From contig NC_043005.1 of NCBI RefSeq assembly GCF_006345805.1, forward strand, positions 3,348,001 through 3,412,000: DNA of 64,000 bases. Reading direction: 5' to 3'. Source of the stretch: Octopus sinensis. Lineage: Eukaryota. Under the pieces are notes generated by a model. It did no database searches and was not told the origin of the DNA. It was given only the letters and a program-made list of their open reading frames with translations. Within the stretch, counting starts at the first letter, position 1. The number at the start of each line of letters is the position of its first letter. This document shows positions 1-11,270 of this stretch, piece after piece. The translations under genes and the position numbers were made by a program.

Positions 1-125
1 TAATCAAACTATTTCGCAAAATGGTGTTTTTGTAAATCCACCATCTTTCCCTCTTCGGACCGATTATGTGGGCACAACACACTTAAAAACCTTTTCACAA
101 AAAAGAAGTACATATTTTCAGTCGA

Positions 126-683
126 AAAGATGTGATTTAAGGGACATTTTGGCTGTTGTTTCTAGCATAGAAGGTTTTAAGAGATAAAAATTGTAACTTT
201 TCAAGAAAATTTAGATAGCATGAACCAATTTATGCTATTAATGAGGAGAAAATGTTCGTTTCTAATCTAGGTACAAGGCCTGATGTTTTGGGGGAGACTC
301 AATACGTAACTGGTACTTACTTTATCGATCCTGAAAGGATGAAAGACAAACTAAATACTTGTTTCTTTACTACCCACAAAGGGCTAAACACAGAGAGGAC
401 AGACAAACGGTCGATTACATCGACCCCAGTGCGTAACTGGTACTTAATTTATCGACCCCGAAAGGATGAAAGGCAAAGTCAACCTCAGCGGAATTTGAAC
501 TCACAACGTAACGGCAGCCGAAATACCGCTAAGCATTTCACCCAGCATGCTAACGTTTCTGCCAGCTCGCCACCCTAATAGGGAGAAAATATTGAAAGAC
601 ATTTGTTGGAGTGAGAAAGAAACAAGGTGGTCATGGGATATGCTAGAAACAACAGCCAAATCTCCCTTCAATCAAATTCTTTT
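126..683. repeat. Inverted pair of dispersed repeat motif F (GGGAGATTTGGCTGTTGTTTCTAGCA)
   Basis: 126-167 and 641-683 match in opposite orientation over ~45 bp; the motif recurs near 1.6, 8.0, 12.9, 16.7, 17.2, 18.9, 32.4 and 36.6 kb. Confidence 0.6.
259..574 (-). mobile_element. tRNA-derived SINE, family B (compound copy)
   Basis: Minus strand head GAGCTGGCAGAAACGTTAGC, B-box GAGTTCAAATTCC, core GACTTTGCCTTTCATCCTTTCGGGGTCGATAAATTAAGTACCAG; many copies in window. Confidence 0.85.
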
Positions 684-1951
684 TTACCGAAAAGGCTTGT
701 AGTTTTTCTGGAGCATAGTGCCACCAAAATCGATCCGGAGAGAGTAAGAGTTTTTTTTAAACCTTCGACTTTTATCTTTGTTAGAAAGATTCTTTAGATT
801 ATTTCCAAGGGCATCGTGAAAAAAAATCTGGAAACTCCCCGTCAAAAGAGAGTAATTGCAACTGATGTGGGCGATCTTATCCCTGACGTCCGCCCCCGTG
901 TGTGCCCTACATACACCCACCTCATGACAAATGGTTTACGTTCCCGTAACCTAGCAGTTCGGCAAGAGACTGACAAAGTACCAGCCTTAAAGTCTTGGAG
1001 TTTATTTGTTCGACTGAACCAAAGCAGTTTAATGCCAGAACGAGTAAAGGATAAAATCGTGAAATATATAATGAAAGGAGTTTAATTACCGGGCTTTCGG
1101 ACCAGGAGGCCCACATAAGTGGAATTTACTTAGTTTTGGCGGATTTTTTTTTATTTTTCAAGGCGTTCGAAATTATGGGAGGTGGGCATTATCTTATGAA
1201 TTAACTTTTTTACCCACCGGAGCAATTTTGGAAGACTTCCTCTTGACAAATTATATTTTTGCCAAAAAAAAACCCGTTTGCGGATGCGGAGATTCCGGAA
1301 AATTGTCCCCACCCACAATATCTTCATTTGACTTTTTTTCCCTAACCCTAAGCAAACATTTTTGAAAACGTTTTTCAGAATCTCCGTGTTTTGCAGCACA
1401 TTTTGAAAAAAAAATTTCTTAAAATGAAGAAATCAGGGGGTAATTTCAAAAATGCTGATCTCCGCAGCCGAAAACGTAAAAAAAACTTTTTAAGAGGGGG
1501 TTTTTTGGTGGGTACAAAAGGAAGTCTTGTAATTTTACCAATATTCTTGCCACGACGCACTTATGAACAATGGAAAAAACCTTAGACGAAAAGGTAATTT
1601 CAGGGAGATCTTGGCTGTTGCTACCAGCACCTTCCATGACCACATACCGTGTTTCTTTGACACCGACATGCATTTCAGTACCTGATCCCATAAACACACT
1701 TCACACAATTAAAAACTTGGCTTTCCCTTATTACCTCTCAACGAACTGTCATCCGTATCTTTTCTTTATTTACATTTCTTTCTTACTTTTACTGTGAAAG
1801 AGGAGAAAGTTTAAGACACGAACGTGCATATGAAATGGATGCGGGGGAGAAAGAGACAGAGTTCCACTCGTTACGCCAAGAACATACGTTCACTCTCACA
1901 TTAAAGAATCGCAAACAAAGTCGACAAGAAGACTATTTGTAGAAAATAAGG

Positions 1952-1967
1952 GGCCCTGAAAAGGGCC
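1952..1967 (-). terminator. Histone 3' stem-loop of H2A copy 1
   Basis: Minus strand GGCCCTTTTCAGGGCC, 6-bp stem and 4-nt loop, ~35 nt after the stop codon. Confidence 0.97.
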
Positions 1968-2001
1968 GTTGGATTAAGCCAAGCACAATCACCGAAAGCG
2001 C

Positions 2002-2379
2002 TTACTTGGAAGCCTTCTGGGTCTTCTTGGGGAGAAGAACAGCCTGGATGTTGGGAAGAACACCACCCTGGGCGATGGTCACTCCAGACAAAAGCTTGTT
2101 CAATTCTTCGTCGTTGCGGATGGCCAACTGTAAATGACGGGGAATAATTCTGGATTTCTTGTTGTCTCTGGCAGCATTTCCTGCCAATTCCAACACTTCG
2201 GCAGCCAAATATTCCATCACAGCAGCCAGGTAGACTGGGGCTCCGGCACCAACACGTTGGGCATAGTTTCCCTTACGCAGAAGACGGTGGATACGTCCGA
2301 CAGGGAACTGAAGTCCAGCACGGGACGAACGGGTCTTGCTCTTTCCCTTCACTTTACCTCCTTTACCACGACCAGACAT
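2002..2379 (-). CDS. H2A: Histone H2A, copy 1 (canonical type, 125 aa, Q at residue 41)
   Basis: Intronless [12 protein letters not shown]...[34 protein letters not shown]...[12 protein letters not shown]; histone stem-loop downstream; no C-terminal SQE motif. Confidence 0.99.
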   Translation of the reverse strand: MSGRGKGGKVKGKSKTRSSRAGLQFPVGRIHRLLRKGNYAQRVGAGAPVYLAAVMEYLAAEVLELAGNAARDNKKSRIIPRHLQLAIRNDEELNKLLSGVTIAQGGVLPNIQAVLLPKKTQKASK

Positions 2380-2648
2380 TTTCAGAGTTTGATACTAATC
2401 AGAAACGAAACAGAGAGAACAATGAAATAAAAGGCGCCTTTCGCCTTTAAATACCGCCAAGGGGGCTCCAGCAGTCGGAGATTTGCACTAAGCAGGTGAA
2501 AAATGAGCGGGCTTTTGTCACGTGGCACACTTGTCAAATTCTAACCAATGAAAATGAAGGGCGCGGATTTAGAAAAAAATGTTCCTCTGCTGAGCCTAGT
2601 TGACAACTATAAATAGAGTGGAGGTTCGGATGGTCGTTATGAGACATC
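2380..2648. promoter_or_regulatory. Divergent H2A/H2B promoter, pair 1
   Basis: TATTTAAA on minus strand at 2446-2453 (H2A side), CCAAT 2545-2549, TATAAATA 2608-2615 (H2B side), TCACGTG near 2519. Confidence 0.75.
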
Positions 2649-3026
2649 ATGCCACCAGCACCAGCTACCGCTTCGAAAGGAGCCAAGAAGGCTTCGAAGG
2701 CCAAAGCTTCACGTCCCCCCGGAGACAAGAAGCGCAAGAAGAAGAGGAAGGAAAGTTATTCCATCTACATCTACAAAGTAATGAAACAAGTCCACCCCGA
2801 CACTGGCATCTCCAGCAAAGCTATGTCCATCATGAACAGTTTTGTCAACGATTTGTTCGAAAGAATCGCTTCTGAAGCCAGCCGTTTGGCTCACTACAAC
2901 AAACGTTCGACCATCAGTAGCCGTGAGGTGCAGACTGCTGTCCGTCTGCTTCTCCCTGGTGAGTTGGCCAAACACGCCGTCTCTGAAGGTACCAAGGCTG
3001 TCACCAAATACACCAGCAGCAAGTAA
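2649..3026 (+). CDS. H2B: Histone H2B, copy 1 (125 aa)
   Basis: ORF with [26 protein letters not shown]...[13 protein letters not shown] histone fold; stem-loop downstream. Confidence 0.99.
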   Translation: MPPAPATASKGAKKASKAKASRPPGDKKRKKKRKESYSIYIYKVMKQVHPDTGISSKAMSIMNSFVNDLFERIASEASRLAHYNKRSTISSREVQTAVRLLLPGELAKHAVSEGTKAVTKYTSSK

Positions 3027-3056
3027 ATCTATTCTAGTCTTCGTCTATTTGACAAC

Positions 3057-3072
3057 GGCCCTTTTCAGGGCC
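3057..3072 (+). terminator. Histone 3' stem-loop of H2B copy 1
   Basis: GGCCCTTTTCAGGGCC 30 nt after the stop codon. Confidence 0.97.
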
Positions 3073-3699
3073 ATCCATATTCTCTTGATTGTAACTTCTG
3101 GTTTTCTATTGATCTGCGATGTTTTCTTACATAAGGGTCGTGCATAGCCACAGATAGCGAGGGGTTCACATAACGCAAACCAGACGAGTGTATAGTGGGT
3201 GTAGTCATAAAACTTGTCAAGCTTTTTTATTTTTGAATGGGGTTGGGTAGTGGAAGACCTCGAATCAAGATGTTAATTGCCAATTAAGGGTACAGGCCGC
3301 TTTTTTCCATTCTCAAATGTATATAAATTGGGGGAAAATGAGTACTGATTGAGTTTCTCCCTTTTGGAGGCACTTTTTAAAAATCGATGGGAGAAGCCTT
3401 TTTGGTGAAGGGACCGAAATTAATTTTCACAGGAATATGGGTGCTTTAGCAGTTGTTTCTAGCAATTCCTACAACCACTCCTGTTACTATCACATTGATG
3501 TTTTTCAACATCTATATGCTATTAGAAATAAAAATTGAAATTTTGATTTTTATTTTTTCTCACACCCTTTTGTTTCTGTTTATAATTTTAAAATATTGGG
3601 AAAACCCGAGAAGATTAGTGATGGAATTTGCCGTGTGATTTAATTTCGATAACATGGGTTTTCAGTCGGTAAATGTGTTTTCTTTGACACAACGTTGTT

Positions 3700-3883
3700 G
3701 GTACTACTTGAGAACAGTGGTCCCGGTGCCCGCATCCGCGCTGGCTAGTCATGACTAGTCGATCCTTTGTTTTTGTTTTATTTACTTTGTTTAAAAATTT
3801 ATTTACTTTGTAAAATAAAATTGTTTTATTTACTTTGCTAGGTGTAGGATCGACTAGCGAGTGCGCGCTTCTCAAGTAGTACC
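3700..3883. mobile_element. Mutator-like MITE, copy 1
   Basis: TIR GGTACTACTTGAGAA / TTCTCAAGTAGTACC; body homologous to 8429-8636; no TSD visible. Confidence 0.7.
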
Positions 3884-4184
3884 ACTACTTTAAAATATCC
3901 ACCAATGTTTAAAACTTGGTCCCTGCTATTTTGGAAATGCTACGAGGGCTTTATGAAAGAATGTAGTGAGGAGACCAGGTGAAAAAGAATAAGAAGAAAA
4001 GTAGAAAAACTGCCTGGGGCAATCGAAGAAGATGTTTTGTGAAGAACAAATTATGTATATAGTCATCAATTATGTATATAGTCATCAATTATGTATAGCT
4101 ATCTCTAGAAATGAAATTTATATATTTGTCTTTATTTTCAGTTTGGTTAATTTCCAAAATAACAGTATATTATCCACCAAAACA

Positions 4185-4491
4185 TTTTATTCTTTTATCC
4201 GTTTCAGTCATTTGACTGGCCATGTTGGAGCACCGCAATAGACCCAGGACTTATTCTTTGTAAGCCTAGTACTTATTCTATCGGCAATTTTTGCCGAACC
4301 GCTAAGTTAGGGAACGTAAACACCACCATCGATTGGGGGCAAACACATACACACATATATATACGACGGGCTTCTTTCAATTTCCGTCTACCAAATCCAC
4401 TCAAAGGCTTTGGTCAGCCCGAGGCTATAGTGGAAGGCACTTGCCGAAGGTTCCACGTAGTGGCATTGAACCCCACACAGCCACCCCCGCC
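4185..4491 (-). mobile_element. tRNA-derived SINE, family A
   Basis: Minus strand GGCTGTGTGG head, CCAAAGCCTTTGAGTGGATTTGGTAGACGGAAA body, TGACTGAAAC...AAAAGAATAAAA tail; matches the full copy at 61893-62292. Confidence 0.85.
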
Positions 4492-5260
4492 TATATTCAT
4501 TCTGAATTTACAATTGGTATTACTGTATACCGCCAGTAATATGTACATTGTTATTATTTATACATTTTCTTCCTAAAAACGCCCGGCCACACCCTCGAAG
4601 TGGGGACCAGTGTGAGCTTTGTTGATCCCAACTCTGTCAATTCACAGTGGAAAGTATGGAGTCTCATTAAGGCTAAATATCCTAATATGTATGGTAGCTC
4701 TGATATACAAGAATTGTTGGCGACATAGCACAAATAGCTTTTATGGATTTCAGAAACGTGCACTAGACTATGATCCTGTCAAATTTATTTCCATTCCCAT
4801 GTTTTATGAATGTCATTTTATATCATTCTCTTTCCCCCATGCATATTACACTTTCAGATCTCATATCCATCAATCTATAATGGGAAAATAAATATGCAAC
4901 CCACGTTCGCCAGCGCGCATTTTTTTTCTTTCATATTCGTTTACTACATGTTTTACACCTATTACACTTTTTGTTTTTGGCTGTGGTGAGACGACTTGGA
5001 ACATTCATGATGTGAACTTTCCAAGTCCTTTCCCCCACCCACCCCCGTTCGTGAACGCGCATTTTTTTTTCATATTCGTTTAGAGCAAGTTGTTTTACAC
5101 CTATTTCACTTTTTTTTGTTTGAATGAAACCCTTTAGTTTGACACAAAAAGACAAGTGCGGAAAGTGAATATGAAAACTAAAAGGTACCTATTTCGGATT
5201 GAGTATGTTATCGCAGTTTTGTGAGATTTGACTTATTTCTAGCATGCTAGAAGGCCTGAG

Positions 5261-5297
<37 letters not shown>

Positions 5298-6439
5298 TTG
5301 TTGAAAAATTGAAATTTTACAAATAGATTTTCTTTCAGAATCGTAATCTTCGAATTTTTCTACGTATTTCGCAAAAAGTGAAAAATGAAAGAGAGAGGGT
5401 AATTGAAATTTTGGAAAACTTTTTTCAGACTCGGATCCTCCATAACCAAAAACGTGGGATTCCGTAAAAAAATCATCAATATATATATCCATTTTAGCGG
5501 AAGTTATGACGGAAAAATCGGATCTTGTGAATTTTCCGAAAGTCCTCTTCCCACCCCCAGGGATAGTCAGCGCGCATTGTTTTCATATTCGTTTTCTACA
5601 TTCTTGTTAGCACCCACCAGGCTGGTTTATTCTTTTTTGTTTCCGGTTGAAGTTCTTTATATTAACCGAATATTTTTATGGGGAGAAGAATCGGTAAAAA
5701 ACGTACCCCCAGTCGCTGACTGAAAAGGGGTGTATTTTGTACATAACGTCCCATCTAACCCTCACAGGCCTTATACATACAGTAATGGCGAAAATTAAAG
5801 AATGTTTCCCAGTGGGTGGGTTACAAAAGGAAGTGCTTCCTTATGCTTTATAGTTTGTTCGTTATTTACAAGGAATTTTGTAGGACGTGATCTATAAATA
5901 GGAAACATTATTTGAAAAATAAAAGATGGGACAAAATTATCACAGTTTTGCCTGAAACGTTTACAATTTATCAGTGTACATTCCTTTATTCTTAATAACT
6001 TTAGCACATCTCCATCCACAGAATTTATTCCATTCTTTCTGAAGTTTTTCCCACAAAATCTTGTCATTCGCAGGTCGGGACTCGCCAAGTATATTCCATT
6101 AGTTTTATTCCATTGAAAACTTACGGAAGATATTTGGGGATAGGTCAGGACCCTGAGCCGGCCAACGCATCAGTTGTTTTCAGCTTCAAACATGAACTGT
6201 TTTAGCAATGTAAAATGGTGCATAAAGATTGGCCGATGGCTTCATAGCTCGCACATCAGGTTTGTAGAATGTTTTTGCATAGCCTGCGTTCACATTAACA
6301 TGGCGATGTATAGCACATGGACCGCACCCCACTTACGATTCTTCTTTTGCCTTTTTTCTACAGAAAAAAAAATCGGCATTTCAAAACTTCAACTTAAGAC
6401 AATGAATATACGTATGCAAGCGTGTATTTTACTGTCCAG

Positions 6440-7003
6440 CTTTCTCATGGACATGAAATGGGTTGAATAGCACATAAAAAAAAAGTCATTGTCCAGTATA
6501 CACGAAGTAACTTTGGAAATAAGTTTCGAGGCCCTGAAAAGGACTTTCGGGTCGAGATTTCTGGATAAATACCAGAAATCCTTGACCTGGCTGTGCTACC
6601 GATCGGCTTTACAGGTTCGAGAAAGGTTGTCAAGGCATGGTTTTGACACCTCCCCCACATGTCCGAGGTGCGGGCGAGCCAATGAAACGGTTACGCACGC
6701 CTTTGTATAGTGTGAGGAGTTGATGGACGGACGGAAGTAGTAAGAAAGGTGAGAATGTAAGGAGCCGGTCGGTCCAGACATAGAAGGATGAAAATAATTA
6801 GCAGAAGGAAAGCAAGTAGCGGGTTAGGTCACTAACCCGAAAAAATACAGTTAAAAAATTATCATTTATATTTTTTATTTTCATATTATCCATTAAACCC
6901 ATTCGCTTAATTTTGTGCAACGAGTGCGTCTGACCCCTATATGTCCCTTGTCTGTCCTCGTTTGTCCCCTCTATGTATCCTTTTTATGGGAAATAAAGAA
7001 ATT
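6440..7003 (+). mobile_element. 3' end of an L1/Tx1-clade LINE (ORF2 C-terminal CCHC zinc finger plus putative 3' UTR)
   Basis: ORF 6489-6710 reads LTWLCYRSALQVRERLSRHG...CPRCGRANETVTHAFV*C, i.e. C-x2-C-x8-H-x4-C with an in-frame stop; 3' boundary inferred from tail similarity. Confidence 0.75.
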
Positions 7004-7171
7004 ATGTATCCTGTTTAAAGAAAATTCTTACACAACACAAAGAGAAAACGCCAAACAACAGCTGCTGCTGCTGAACGCTTTGCTGTGATTCGCTAATTTA
7101 ATCACGTGATCTCTAAGTCGTAGTGTTCTCTGCTACGTCTGCGCACTGTATATATATATAGTTGCGACTAA

Positions 7172-7522
<351 letters not shown>

Positions 7523-7570
7523 ACTGTGCAAGTTTTTCCAACTTCGTGGTCGTCACTAGCGACAAATCCC

Positions 7571-7586
7571 GGCCCTTTTCAGGGCC
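7571..7586 (+). terminator. Histone 3' stem-loop of H4
   Basis: GGCCCTTTTCAGGGCC 48 nt after the stop codon. Confidence 0.97.
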
Positions 7587-8428
7587 ACTCATATCCTAAT
7601 GTAAGCCACCTCGCCCTCTTCGATATGCTTATTACTATTTTATTTTGTAACCTCAACGGAAGGATGGCCTTATCTTTCGTGACATTTCTTTCTTTCCGTT
7701 TAATGTCTATTATGGACTGGTTTTCTGTATGAACTTGAGTCTCCTTAACCGTTGTTTTTCCTTTGCTATGTACAAAATGTGGCTGATGAAAATGCGTGGT
7801 ATGCTTTTGTATGTCGTTAGAATAATTTTTCTTTTCTTGTGAACCCTATTTTCCGGTATTCGGAGTAAATACATCGTTTTAGCTGTATATTGGGTTCATT
7901 CAAATGATTCATTAGAAAAAGAAGGTCGTCATTCCTCGGTGACGATCCTAGTTTTCTCTTTAAATGCGTCTCTATCGATACATGAACCGGTCTGTTTTCT
8001 GTTTAAATATGCGAAATGTGGCTGTTGTTTCTAGCAGGTTCAGTGACCGCAAAAACATCAAATCATAATATGATGTAATAGGTTTTTTAATTTTCGAGCA
8101 TGATCGATACTTTTTCTCTCGTTTTGTCCTGGCAGGTTCGGACGTGAATGTCTTGTTTCAATCTCCCAAAACCTTATCGAAAACGTTATTTGTATAGATT
8201 GGTTCAGTGGATTCCAACCCGAAACACTTGGACAGCCAAAGATGTCCAAGCTGCAGACAATTCTTGTATATTCCGACAGTGCAACATTTTCAGCTGATAT
8301 CCAACTCCTTTACCCGGAAATTTCATTATTAAATAATTGTGAGAGCATTGGGTCAACAGTTACCGATTTCTTTCTTCTACGCACAAACAATGCTTGTAAA
8401 GATAACGTCTAAAACTGAAGTGATTGGA

Positions 8429-8636
8429 GGTACAACTTGAGAACAGTGGTCCCGGTGCGCATGCGCGCCAGCTAGTCATGACTAGTCGATCTTTACTTTG
8501 TTTTAAAAATTATTTACTTTTTTGTGTTTTTGTAAAAAATTATTTATTTTGTGTTTTTACCTTGCTAGGTAGTCGTTGTAGGATCGACTAGCTTACACGA
8601 GTGCGCGCACCGGGAGCACTGTTCTCACGTAGTACC
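8429..8636. mobile_element. Mutator-like MITE, copy 2, with 9-bp TSD
   Basis: ~30-bp TIRs GGTACAACTTGAGAACAGTGGTCCCGGTGCGC / GCGCACCGGGAGCACTGTTCTCACGTAGTACC; GTGATTGGA duplicated at 8420-8428 and 8637-8645. Confidence 0.85.
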
Positions 8637-9671
8637 GTGATTGGATATATTAGCAATAGTTATCTGATCGACCCGATTGGATTTCATGTGAGGCAAATAA
8701 AAGAAACTAAACGTCAAAGAACGAAGTCGATTCCAGCTGCAGAAGCCATTACTGCCATCTTTAAAGGGAGGTAACTAGACAGACATTTCGCGGGTTTTAG
8801 TTCCGTCGTCCGCCTTCTTACCCGAATGTGCTGTGCTGAGGGATTGAACCTGGAACCATGGTTGCGAAGTAAACTTCCTACTATATGGCACCGGGTTTTA
8901 ATAATTATTTTTCATGTTGGCCAATTATTCTTGGACTTAATGGGTTAATTTAACTCTTTTTAATTCGCCGTGAATTAAATGAAAGCAACAAGAGCTGCTG
9001 GTTAGTTTATTTAGATTGGATAAAACGCCATTTAATACGACTGAATTTCATACTTCAATAGTTGATGTGGTGAATACATAAGCAAATCACCAAATGTTAT
9101 AAAAGTAAAACGATTCAAATAGATTTGGTTGAGCAGTTTAATGTAATACCGATCCATGTTAGTGAACAAGTAAACCAGTTTTAAGCCTGCTAGCCATCAG
9201 ATTATCTCATAATTGAGATTAGGCTGGGCACGTGGGAGGTAGGTAACCTGACCATCTCCCAAAATGAAGACCTTGTCTACATCAACATAAGGGTACCATT
9301 TATATGGCTTTTCAAAGTTTCTTATAAAATCGAAGTTGTTACAATTCAAAATTAATTATTTTAGTTGCGCTTATGTTTAAAATACTTCATGTTGCTCTCC
9401 CTTTCACTTAAAACCACCAAAGAACCGAGTTATTTAATCATTTTCTCCAAACCACTTTTCTTATACAAGGATTCCAGTTTTCTGCATTTTTACAATTTGG
9501 CTCATTGAAAACTGGATGAAAAGTTTTAGTAATTAGGTCTTAACACTTCTGCAGGTTATTTCCCATCTCCAGGAGTTATGTCATCCAAATAGGTTAACTT
9601 ATGAGAAGTAGTCGGATTTGGAATTCACTTTGAGTCAATTTGCAGATCGATTCTCTTGTTTCTTAAACACA

Positions 9672-9965
9672 AAAACAAACTGGCATTCCGTCGGTTACGA
9701 CGACGAGTGTTCCAGTTGATCAACGGAACAGCCTGCTCGTGATTTTAACGTGCAAGTGGCTGAATACTCCACTGACATGTGTATCCTCAACAGTTCTGAG
9801 TGAGATTCACCATAACACAGACTCTCTCAAGGCTTGCTTTTTTAATTACAGGTTATCGCCAGCCGAGTGGACTGGAGCAATGTGAAATGACATCTTGCTT
9901 AAAGACAACACGCCATCACGTATCAAACTCCCAACCTTACAATCGCGACCCACTGAATTGCTTGC
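9672..9965 (-). mobile_element. tRNA-derived SINE, family C (diverged)
   Basis: Reverse complement aligns to 17915-18205 (CACATTGCTCCAGTCC, GTTCCGTTGATC, TAACCGACGGA). Confidence 0.75.
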
Positions 9966-10675
9966 CTTCATTCTTGTTTCTACAAACTGGGAGGTGGGGG
10001 TTACAAAAGAAATTCCTTCTGTATGGAATCAGCATTCACCTTCCTTTATAAAAAAGACTGCAGATTTACACTTGCTGAAATACAATGCCATCATTTTCAA
10101 TTTGAAAATGAAGAATTTAGTAAAATGTTGAATGGAACAAATTAGCATGAAATTTTGAAAGGTTTTCAAACCACTTCAAAACGAAGTTGGTATCATAAAA
10201 CCCAAGAGTGGTATCAAAAGATTCTTCACTATGGCTATCTTCATCTCTACTCTGTGTTAATTCCTCTCAATTAATATACTCTAAATGAATAGCTTTTCAG
10301 ACATCAAAGAATTCTCAAAGTGCTGTGGCATTTGTTACATGAAATTTTATGGAAACTCCTTTTCAGAGATCAGGCTGTCCTTTCAAAGAAAAGCCTGCTT
10401 TCAGTTGGGTGAACTGGTTGAGCTCAGTCATCACTGTGGAAAAATTTATTCTTAGTCTTCCTTTTCAGTTCAGAGCTACAACATAATTATGCTAAATAGG
10501 TGCAGGTGTGTTGAGTTTGTTTTCCAACCACATGGTTTCAGGTTCAGTCCCACTGCATAGCACATTAAACAAGTGCCTTCTTTAATCCCAGGCCAACCAA
10601 AAAAAGGCTTGTGTCTAGGTTTGATACACAAATTGAAAGGAGCCTGTCATGTATATATGTTTCACTGTCATACAG

Positions 10676-11270
10676 TGAGAAATGTTGGGCATAAGAAGCA
10701 TTGGATGTGGCATGCAAGAGAGACTTTTGCGTTGGTATGGTGATGTACTATGGATGGATGAGGAGAGCTGTGTGAAGAAGTGCCACTCCCAATCAGTGGA
10801 AGGAATCTGGGGTAGAGGGAGACCCAGGAAGACATGGGATAAGGCGGTGAAGCATGACCTTTGAACATTGGGCCTCACAGAGGCAATGTCAAGAGACCGA
10901 GACCTCTGGAGGTATGCTGTGACTGAGAAGACCCGGCAAATAAAGTGAATTCACAGCTGTAACCTACACCAGTGTCGCATAACCAGCCCACTGAAAAGTA
11001 CCTTGGATCATAGGGCAACATGGAAATTGTCATCATGATCCCCATGCTGGTGGCACGTAAAAAGCACCAACTAATCGTGTTCAATGCCAGCCCACTCTGG
11101 CCTGGAATGTAAAAAGCACCCACTACACTCTCGGAGTGGTTGGCATTAGGAAGGGCATCCAGCTGTAGAAACACTGCCAGATCAGACTGGACCCTGGTGC
11201 AGCCTAGACCCCAGTCAAACCGTCCAACCCATGCCAGCATGGAAAATGGACATTAAACAATGATGATGAT
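10676..11270 (+). mobile_element. 5'-truncated RTE-clade LINE (ORF2 C-terminus, 3' UTR, (GAT)n tail)
   Basis: LRWYGDVLWM...GRGRPRKTW motif typical of RTE ORF2 ends; followed by TTAGGAAGGGCATCCAGCTGTAGAAAC and a TGATGATGAT tail. Confidence 0.85.

Noticed and set aside
816-1085. 89-aa ORF upstream of the histone cluster
   Set aside because: No motif recognised; probably part of a degraded repeat.
2134-3147. Alternative-frame and antisense ORFs over the histone genes (also at 7196-7531 and 13978-14956)
   Set aside because: Shadows of biased histone codon usage; they recur in both copies only because the CDSs are near-identical.
6170-6360. Possible Mutator transposase fragment (CAIHRHVNVN) on the minus strand
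   Set aside because: Motif too short and degenerate to support without a profile search.
6530-6544. Histone-like stem-loop GTCCTTTTCAGGGCC on the minus strand suggesting a lost H3/H1
   Set aside because: One base short, lies inside the LINE reading frame (EALKRT), and no histone remnant at the expected distance.
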